Assembly: GCA_964016885.1 (NCBI GenBank)
Contig: OZ024745.1
Coordinates: forward strand, 109,802,001-109,866,000
Direction of reading: 5' to 3'
From: Eledone cirrhosa
Lineage: Eukaryota
DNA: 64,000 bases
Shown: piece after piece, positions 54,337-64,000 of the stretch
Layout: every line of letters begins with the position of its first letter
Position numbering within the stretch: the stretch's first letter is position 1
Notes under the pieces: model-generated
What the model was told of the DNA's origin: nothing
Database searches by the model: none
Seen by the model: the letters and a program-made list of their open reading frames with translations, nothing else
Made by a program: the position numbers and the translations under genes

Positions 54337-56836
54337 ATTATATAAATCATTGTCTTATTTACAAAAATATCTGTCTAATATTGCGTTTAATATTTATACA
54401 AATTGAAACACTGAATGTCATAAACATGGGGACTTATATATATATCAGAAAGAATTTGGTAAGTAGTAATAGCAAATTTCCTCTTATAAACTTGATCACT
54501 TATATTAATCATCAATTTTTCTCAGGTGTAAGTTTTATGGTATAAATAATTGTTTCTACATTTGGCACAAGGCCATCAATTTGAAGAGGAGGAGAAAGTT
54601 AATTAACTAGACCCCAGGGCATTATTGGAGCTTTATTTTATTGACCCCTTAAGGATGAAAAACAAAGCTAACCTCAGTGGGATTTGATATCAGAACATAA
54701 ATGGCTGTAACTATTTTGCACCATATAGAAGGTCTTGTCTTATTTGTTCCAATTCTCTTTGCTCTTTGACTTTTAGCCATTCAGAATCAATAAATAAAGT
54801 ACTAGTCCAGTGTCAGATTAGTAGAATTGTTAGTGTTTAAAGAGATGTTTTGGGATATCTGCTCTAGCCCTGTATATTATGTGTTCAAATACCACCTCAT
54901 CTCACTAAAAAATGTGTCCTTCAAGAGTTGGTAAAAACAGTGATAGACTTGAGCAGTCCTTAACTATTTTGATACCAGTCTGGCCCAAACCAACTGTGGT
55001 TCTAGGAAACAAAGCCATCTATTCTAAAGGGTTCCTATTTAAATTAAAATCTTCCAAGCATAATTTTATATAAGAACCATATGTTAAGTTACCATCTTAA
55101 TAATGAAATAATTAATAATTTTAGTAAATCCATCAAAAATCTTCATTAATTAATTGAAATATAGTATATTTAATTAGGAATACAATCATGAAAGGGCTAG
55201 TATTTTCAACTTATTTCTCTCATTAGCAGCCCTCCAGCTGGCAGGAGAGAATGCAAGGGAACATTCACATCCAGTGCACTTTCTCCCCTTTTTTCCTTCC
55301 TGTACTAGTACAACCAGCATCCATTCCTTGGATATGGTAAGCTGCATGCTATCTCTTCCACAGCCTGCAAGATGCACCCAGTTCTCTTCTAATAATCTCT
55401 AGTGTGTTCATCTCCATATTAAACTCATTACCCGTTATTTCTTCATCACTGTTGCAGTGATCTCTAATTTCTCCCATTTCACAATTTTTTGTTCAGGTGT
55501 CAACCCACAGAATTTCAAACTAAACATAAACCATCAATTTCACCAGTCAGGGGAAAGCCACAAAACCCTTCATTGCTGCACTTCTTTCAATGGTTAATTA
55601 ACAAAAAGAAGAAAAAAAACAAAAAAAAAAAAAACAGAATGTGCTGAATATTCTGCTAACCAAGTGAATATAGATGTTGAACCAATCTTAGGAAACAGGA
55701 AATAATTTTCATGGGGTATGGGGTACATGCAAGCGGGTGGGGTGTGTGTGCAGATTATTAAACGAGTTAAAAATGTTGTCCTCTTTGTTTTATTAATTTG
55801 TTCTTGCATAGATTACCTTTAAGAAGTTGCAAAACCTTTTTAGAATGTCATTTAAATTCAACAGATACCAACTGTCTGGAGAGGTTTACTTTTGGAGCTG
55901 AATTTAACCCATTCATTACAATATATCATAAAATAACTGTATTTGTATTATTTAATGAAGAATTTGGAGGGATTAACTAAAAGAATTAAATATCTTATTA
56001 TTAAGACAGTTTTGTAACGTAACAAAAGTTTATTATATAAAATTATGTTGAAAGATTTTAATTTTGAATGAGTGCGGGTGGGGAGTTTCATAGAACCAGA
56101 AGCTGTTTTAGGCAGACTGCTATCAAAAAAGTTAAGACTAAGAATTTGGCCCATTTTACAAAATGAGCTTGCTTATGCTGTTTATAAACGTTGCTTGTCC
56201 TCTACTTCAGCAGTAATCTATTTCTTTATTTTCAAGTGATGAAGAAAAGCCACATATTTGGACCCTTCTAATATTTATAAGACTTCTATTTATGACATAT
56301 GTTTGCGTAAATGTATGTGTTTTTTTTTTATGTAATTGTAAAAATTTTAACATCTTTTCATCACACCTAAATACTGCCAATGCGATACTAAAGAGAAAGT
56401 ATTTTTTATAGCTTATTTTCTTCGATCAGAGTTGAGACTTCAAGGTTACTTATGAGATCTTTAACTAGAAAGCCAAATATTCTCTAAGTTTATTTGACAT
56501 GTATCCAATCATAAATTCCCAAATCTGTCTGGCAGAAATCACCATACATACAAAGAGACCATTGATCCACAGCTATTTAGAGCATTCCGATCATATAGCT
56601 AGGCCCACACACCAGACAGAATGGTGCTACAAGAGTTTTATAGAATTAATGGAAGAAAAATACAAATGGACTGTTCAATATTTCTTTTAAGTCAGTCAGT
56701 ACAAAATCAATGTCAAGTGTATTAGTATTTTGTAACAAAGAAGATTCTAATGGGAACTAGGCAAAGCTTAAGAATGTAAGCATCACGTTAGATCATTTAT
56801 TTATTTTTTTAATTTTAATTGCTATGTCCTTCTCAG

Positions 56837-56863
56837 GTATATTCATTTACTTTCCATCTCAAG
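56837..56863 (+). other. Candidate 27-nt frame-preserving micro-exon
   Basis: T-rich tract and GTCCTTCTCAG acceptor; AAG|GTAAGT donor; lies in non-repetitive sequence. Splice signals only. Confidence 0.25.
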
Positions 56864-57435
56864 GTAAGTGTTAATGAGTAATGTGTCACACTATAAAGAT
56901 AATGAGGTGTCCAATGTGATCAGGTACAGATAAAAATATAAATAAATGGCTTTATTGACATGAGTGCATCTATAAGTCTTACAAAGAGGACGTATTGAAT
57001 CAGCAGCATGAAAACAAAGATGAAAACAAAGGCAGTAAAAGAAAAAATAATCTATGGTGGAGAATATGTTGATTTTAGTTATTTGTTTTTAACAGTATAT
57101 TTTAAATGAAGCTTTGTGAGAATGTTAAAACTGCTAATATTGTTTAAGTCAGTACAAATAATGTTGCAAACAAAGTATAAAAACAGAAGCAAAGTAAAAC
57201 GAAACAACAGTCTACATTTTTACTTTACATTTGAATATTTCAAAAAATAAATGGAGGATGTTGACAAGCCGTTATTGAAGAAAGACTGAACTAACTTTCT
57301 CTTTTCACTAATTATTAAACAAAATACCTTGCATTAGAAATATTGAATATTTATATTCTTTTCAAATATTTTTAACCATGCACACATGTATTTCATGACT
57401 TGCACACTGTTAATTTTCCTGACATTTCCTGTCTG

Positions 57436-57782
57436 TCATCCTTACGAGGTCAATAAAATAAAGTACCAGTAATGCACTGGGTAATTTGCTGGCTTTGTGC
57501 CATAAGTAGAAACACTAATTTTATGTACTATACATGCACCTTTGATGAGTTGTAGTGCACAATAATTTCATTATTATTATTATAAATTTGTTAGGGCGGT
57601 GGATTGGCAGTATCGGTAGAGGGTCGTACGGCATGCTTCGACGCATAGAGTTACGGCCCTTGCCATTCTGAGTTCAAATCCTGCCGAAGTTAACTTTGCT
57701 TTTCATCCTTACGGGGTCAATAAAATAATGTACCAGTAATGCACTGGGTAATTGCTGGCCCTGTGCCAAAAGTAGAAACAAT
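57436..57782 (+). mobile_element. Two SINE copies (2151 family): 57436-57512 fragment and 57594-57782 full copy
   Basis: Family motifs; the full copy is flanked by ATTATTATAAATTT repeats. Confidence 0.8.
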
Positions 57783-58493
57783 TATTATAAATTTATTAAT
57801 TTCTAATATATTTCTAAACCTATCTTTATGTTTTTGTGAACCAACACGGAAACCTTTATGTCATCTTGTGACATGCTGAAAATGGATTTGACTTGAACTC
57901 CTTCAATAACAAATATTTCCAAATAAATCTCACCTGGGACTAAACAATAAGATCAATATTTTATTTAATATAATATACTTTGTCAAATAATTGTAAATTT
58001 CAGAATTGTACTAGTTTGACATGAGACTTGAACAGGAATCATGTGTTGAAATTGAAACATATAATGGAATAGACATGATATAACCATTGAAAACATGCAC
58101 ATGTATGCTGTTATATTCATTTTTATTTTGTGATATTCCATAACATGTCAAAAATGTTTGACTATCTATTGCTTATCAATGACAATTTACAACCTAGTTC
58201 TTACCACACAGTATTGTCATTAAGTAACATAAAAGTTAATATTATGGTACATTAGTGTTTTAAACGGTTATGATGTAATTCATTATAACTAAAAGGAATT
58301 ATATACGAGATATATTCAACAAGTGATAATTTTATAAATGCCAACTCATCTTAAAACAACTGGTAAGCTGAGCTGAAACTCTGAGCTTACATTTTACATA
58401 TAAAGACAATTATGCCTTTTTTTCCCTTCCAAGTGAAAGGATTGATGGAACCTTTCTACCATTGCTCAATCAGAAGAAAAATTTTGATTAGAT

Positions 58494-58870
58494 CATTTAC
58501 ATGGCAGTATCGGTAGAGGGTCGGACACCATGCTTTGCAGCAAAGAGTTATGGCCCTTTATAGTCTGAGTCCAAATCCCGCCGAGGTTAACTTTACCTTT
58601 CATCCTTATGGGGTCGATAAAATAAAGTACCAGTAATACACTGGGATAATTGCTGGCCTTATGCCAAAAGTAGAAACAATTACTCTCTATATACTTTTGT
58701 ATTTTCACGGTAAAGGCTTTATCTCACATAATATTGAATCCATGAGATTTTGATATTATTTATTTTGAGAACAATACCTTAACATCAGGATGAGTGACAG
58801 TTATGGCTGTTTTGAACATAGAAAGGTGAAATAATTCTTGCTGGATACGGCTAGTTTAAATGCTAAAGGG
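58494..58870. mobile_element. Third copy of the piggyBac MITE (left TIR damaged) with a SINE at 58503-58681
   Basis: 58682-58870 aligns with 3417-3617 and ends TAAATGCTAAAGGG|TTAA. Confidence 0.75.
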
Positions 58871-59757
58871 TTAAGGGAGTGTTTTTGTTTGTTGTTGTTT
58901 TTTCAAATGAGACTGACAATATATACAAAGCTATAGAAGAAAAATGAGATGGTTACAGGAGGAACACCTTTGATCTCATGTATACTCTATCAAAGCAGAC
59001 CTATGGCTAAACAACAAGAACGTATTACTCTAGATATTTATTTTACTATTGTCATTCCAATTATTTCTCAGACAGAAGCTTGCTCTATCTGTCACCTATG
59101 ACAATTTTTGCTGCAATACATTCATTTCATCTTCAGAGTAAAGAGAAAATATGTTATAATATCCTAACTACTAAACAATAATACTGTTTATCTAATCTTT
59201 AACACCTGGTGACAGCAGATTATATGGCATTCTAATATGAATCTTGACACAAGAGACAAGTGTCAAATAATTCATATGATAAAGACACTTTCTTAATTTG
59301 CTTTTCTGTTAATTCCACCAAATGGAACAGACACTTTAAGAGAGAATATAAGATGGAAAGAGAGTTAATAACAGATGACTATCTGTATCAAGAGAGTTAA
59401 GACAGTGGCTTAACTTAACAGTCCTGGTGTAATAATAGCAATAATGAGTAACAAGAAGACCAGCTAGAAAATGGCATGTCACTATACTTGTCCAACTGAA
59501 TCTAATCTAGAAATATAAACACATGGCTGCTCTTATTTTTTCTACTTTTATTTTTCTCTTCAACTTCCAATTTCTTCTCATTAAAATTTATCATCAGAAA
59601 ATGAAATCTAGTTTGTGTTTTTGGATTAGAGTTTTCTGCTTGTTGAAATTCGACCTATTTTTGTTTTCCTGATTTTACATCATTTTCTCTGCTCTTTTTA
59701 TGTGCAATTATTTAAATATAATTTGTCTGAAGTTAATTTACTTATTGCTTTGACAAT

Positions 59758-60022
59758 GGAGGTACATGGCCTTGTGGTAAGGGTGTTGAACTTATAATCA
59801 TGGGTTTGATTCCTGGACTGGGTTGTGTCTTGTGTTCTTGAGCAAAACACTTCATTTCACATTGGTCCAGTATACTGAGTTGAAAATGAGTATCAAAAAT
59901 AGCTGGGGGGTTTAACCCTGTGATGGACTGGTGTCCTATCCAGGGGCTAGTCTTATACTCTTAGTCACAGAAACCAGGATAAGCACTGGCCTGATGAACC
60001 TCCTGGCTGGGGACAGACATTT
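59758..60022 (+). mobile_element. tRNA/CORE-like SINE, variant with a different 3' tail
   Basis: Same head (GGAGGTACATGGCC..TTCTTGAGCAAAACACTTCATTTCACATT). Tail AACCCTGTGATGGACTGG..AAACCAGGATAAGCAC matches the inverted copy at ~25540-25820. Confidence 0.7.
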
Positions 60023-60325
60023 AAGTTGACAGGTCATACCTTTTGTATGATTGTTATCTATAAGACTTTGAGGAATTTCATCAAACACTTTATTGATCTC
60101 AGTAGATATCATTTGGTAAAAAACATTTTAATTGTGCCATTATTTTTAGAATATTTCAATAGGTACGCAATAGAGGTGAATGATAAAGAAATAAAAACAA
60201 ATACGAAATGTTTTATATTTAATTAGTTTTTTTGATTTCCTTATTCAAATATACATGTGTATGTATGTATATATGCCTTTTTATATGTGTGCACGTTTTA
60301 TATATATATATATATATATGTCCAT

Positions 60326-60368
<43 letters not shown>

Positions 60369-60446
60369 CCATTATATATATATATATATTGGGAAAACTC
60401 CCGTCCAAACCCATGCAAGCGTGGAAGATGGACGTTAAACGATGAC

Positions 60447-60479
<33 letters not shown>

Positions 60480-61814
60480 ATATGTGTGTGTAATGGACAA
60501 AGCATCTTTGGTATTTAAATGTAGCTAAAGTAGACATTTATTTGCCAGAGCTAAGAATATATGAAAGTAACATCATGCAAAGCCTGTTTAAATAAAACAA
60601 AGGCAAAAAATATAAAAAAAAACTCTCAAACGTTCCTCATCCACCTCAGATGATATTAAAGTGAAAACCTATAAAAAAAAAAGGTCAATCGATAACTAGT
60701 TTCAAATGTGCCATTTTATTGAAATGAAATTGACAATAAAGTAAATTTTAAATTTAATCAAGAAATGGGCCTTAAATTTCACTTCTTTAAATAAAAGAAA
60801 ATGAAGTCCTTTGCTCAGCAAAAAAATTGTCAAATTTCCAGAAGGAACCATATAGGAAATTGAAACAACCATACAAGCTATGTTAATTCAAATTGGAAAA
60901 ACTATATAATAGAATACTAACACCAAAACTGAACTTTTGGTTCCATTTTTGGATAATTTCATTCTTGTTTTGGAGATAAATAGAAAACTTGCTTTCTAAA
61001 GTTTTATCACTTTATTTTTTATACTGGCAAACTACTTAGAAACAATTAATCAATGTTAAAAGCAGTTCATGATAAGTTTCTGAATATATATATATTTCTC
61101 ATTGGTTTTAGTGTGGGTGTATATGTGAGTGAGTGTGTGAGAGAGAGAGAGAAGTGTGTCAGAGAAAGAGAGAAGAAAGTGTGACAGAGAGAGAGAGGGA
61201 AGAGAAAAAGAGAGAAGAAAGTGTGACAGAGAAAGGGAGAGAAGAAAGTGAGAAAGAGAAAGAGAGAGAAGAAAATGTGACAGAGAAAGAAAGGGGGAAA
61301 AGAAAGAGAAAGAAGAAAGTGTGACTGAGAGGAAGAGAGGAAGAAAAAAGTGTGACAGGGAGAAAGAGGAAGAAGGAAGTGTGACTGAGAGGAAGATAGA
61401 GAAGAAAGTGTGACTGAGAGGAAGAGAGGAAGAAGAAAGAGAAAGATAGAGAAGAAAATGTAACAGAAAAAGAGTGTGTAGGTGTGTGTGGAGGGGGGGG
61501 GTTATAACACAAAAAGAGAACGAGAATACATTTATTTTTACCTTTAAATTCACAGACAAAAGTCTTTTTAAATCCCTGAAAGTAATTTCTGAATCAACAA
61601 AAGTATTTATGGATTGAACTGAAATGTCATATTTGGGAATTAAAGTATTAGTTATTAGTAAAATTATTATATGATATATGATTTCTCCCGAATAAAACAG
61701 TTCTAGTCCTGTAGAAGCCATTTCTGTATTTATACGCTGCTATGAATTAAGTACCTTACTTACTGTGGTTACCCCTGGTTGAACTCGGGATAAACTTTAT
61801 ATACATATATATAA

Positions 61815-61847
<33 letters not shown>

Positions 61848-61855
61848 ATATATAG

Positions 61856-62128
61856 TTTTAAATCTACATATCATATGTAGATTTAAAACTGCACTATCCA
61901 CAAGTGTTTTTTAGCCTTCATATCATGTTCTCCTGTTTTATCTGATGAAAACACAAATATTATTGCATGATGATGTTTGTTTTTGAAATGCGCATAATAA
62001 AATACATGGAACTCCTTTAACCATCTTTTGATCTTATATTATGCATACTCCAGTCCTACAAACTGTAGAGTGCTTCTTATCCGATATCTGCATTGCTTTA
62101 TTGTACTACAATAAAACTCACCTCCTAC

Positions 62129-62171
<43 letters not shown>

Positions 62172-62690
62172 ATATATATATATATATACGTAAATAAATA
62201 TAAATCAGGATGGATTCATTTTCAAACTGGTTGGACCATTAGTCACCAGAGTACTTGATACTTGCGGCAGTAAATATGGTTATATTATAAAGAGTCGTGA
62301 CCTTGATGGCTGAGCTGTTGCTGCCTCAACAACTAGTTCCAGACAGTCTGGAACAAGCTGTTGAAAGGGCAAGAGCTCAGCCATTGGGGTTCCAACTCTT
62401 TATAATATTATACATATATGTATATATATATGTAGGAGGTGAGTTTTATTGTAGTACAATAAAGCAATGCAGATATCGGATAAGAAGCACTCTACAGTTT
62501 GTAGGACTGGAGTATACATAATATAAGATCAAAAGATGGTTAAAGGAGTTCCATATATTTTATTATGCGCATTTCAAAAACAAACATCATCATGCAATAA
62601 TATTTGTGTTTTCATCAGATAAAACAGGAGAACATGATATGAAGGCTAAAAAACACTTGTGGATAGTGCAGTTTTAAATCTACATATATG
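61856..62690. repeat. Large fold-back (~265-bp arms, 61864-62130 / 62430-62690) around (TA)n and a nested hairpin element
   Basis: Near-perfect inverted arms. Degenerate hammerhead-like ATGATGA..GAAA-TGCGCA-TA at 61967-61996. Inner hairpin at 62283-62408. Confidence 0.85.
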
Positions 62691-64000
62691 TATATATATA
62701 TATATGTGTGTCATGATCATCATCATCATCATCATCACCGTTTTACGTCCGTTCTTCCATGCTAGCATGGGTTAGACGTGTGTGTGTCTGGCAATGTGAA
62801 TACATGCATATTTGTCTACGTTCTATACAGTCTTAGGAAATACTGTGGTCAGTTAACTGCTCAACCCCAAAAAAAGCATGGCTTTCTGCCAAAATTAAGA
62901 ATAATTATTACCATAAGTGGTCATCATGGTCATCATTGTCATCGTCATCATCACAAGCTGCTCCATCACATTAACCCTTAATAAGATATAGATTTCTTTT
63001 TTTTTTTTTTTACACCCAGAGATATTTATTTATGAATCAGCTTGTAGGTAGAATCCATGAAATGGGACAGAATCCATTGTTATTACTCTTACGAATGATT
63101 TAAAACACTTTTTGGTTTTAGTAGCATAATAATATCAGAATTTTATGAGTAAAGTTTGGTCTCTGAGACTAGGGTTTGCATATTTTTGCATTCGATTAGG
63201 ACAGAGGCAGGAAAAAATGCTCTATAGAAATACTTCAAGAAAAATAAGTAGGTGAGGATGCGAACATATCAAGTTCATAATACAATAACAAACAAATCAT
63301 CTAAGCTTTGGCAACATAGGAGAAGATGGATATAAAAACCATATATAATAACATCAGCCATGAATGAAGATGACTATGAACAAAATGATCCATATTTTTC
63401 CTCATGTAATAAGGAATGGACTGCTTGGGCCATTAGTATTGAGAAGTGTAGCAAAGTGACAATGGTGGTATCTAGTTTCTGTAATGTATTTTAACAGATT
63501 AAAGATTAGATTCTAGAGTTCAGGATAATTTGATAGGCATCGAGGGTTCTTTGGATATTAATAATATCACCGTATTACCATTAACATCCATTATCATCGT
63601 TATCATGATCATCATTATTATTATTATTATTAGTATTATTATCAAAATAAAGATACAAATTACGAAAATAGAGCTATAAGAAATAATAGAAGAAAATACG
63701 AGCAAAACAGTGTTTTATAATCCAGCGACTTGGTTTGCAAAAGACATTAAGATGTCTGGGGAAAAAATCACAGATATCAATTCTGACTGAACGAAGAAAT
63801 AACTGGACAAGACAAAGAAGACAGGCAAACTGTCCATATAATTAATAACCTACAGATTCATTGGAGGAAAGATCATCACATGGGAATGATATAGGGAGTA
63901 TTGACTTGCAGTATTAGGAACAGAAATACAACGTGAATGGAGCAAGATTTCTATCATACTGCAATATGTTCATCATGTCCACTCCTCTCTCTCTCTCTCT

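Noticed and set aside
63700-63945. Possible R4-like C-terminus (AVLGT)
   Set aside because: Too degenerate to support.

Overview
AT-rich, microsatellite-saturated eukaryotic (animal) DNA. The SINE families and (TA)n/(ATC)n load look cephalopod/Octopus-like, which is an inference from recall only. No host protein-coding gene can be firmly called, and almost all ORFs in the track are microsatellite translations. The one clear coding unit is an apparently full-length, GC/CpG-rich L1-clade (Tx1-like) non-LTR retrotransposon at ~18170-23873. It has ORF1 with a CCHC knuckle and ORF2 with APE-RT-CCHC, is inserted in a (TATC)n tract, has no poly(A) tail and has no AUG at the start of ORF2. The remainder is a mosaic of tRNA-derived SINEs, RTE, R4-like, Tx1 and hAT fossils, piggyBac/Kolobok/hAT/Tc1 MITEs and minisatellites. 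The most interesting signal is a set of non-coding, (TA)n-embedded fold-back or partial-tandem elements. Two carry recognisable minimal type I hammerhead ribozyme cores (44598-44640; 39388-39445 plus its inverted copy) and a third carries a degenerate core (61960-62000). The architecture suggests Penelope-like pLTR or retrozyme elements.
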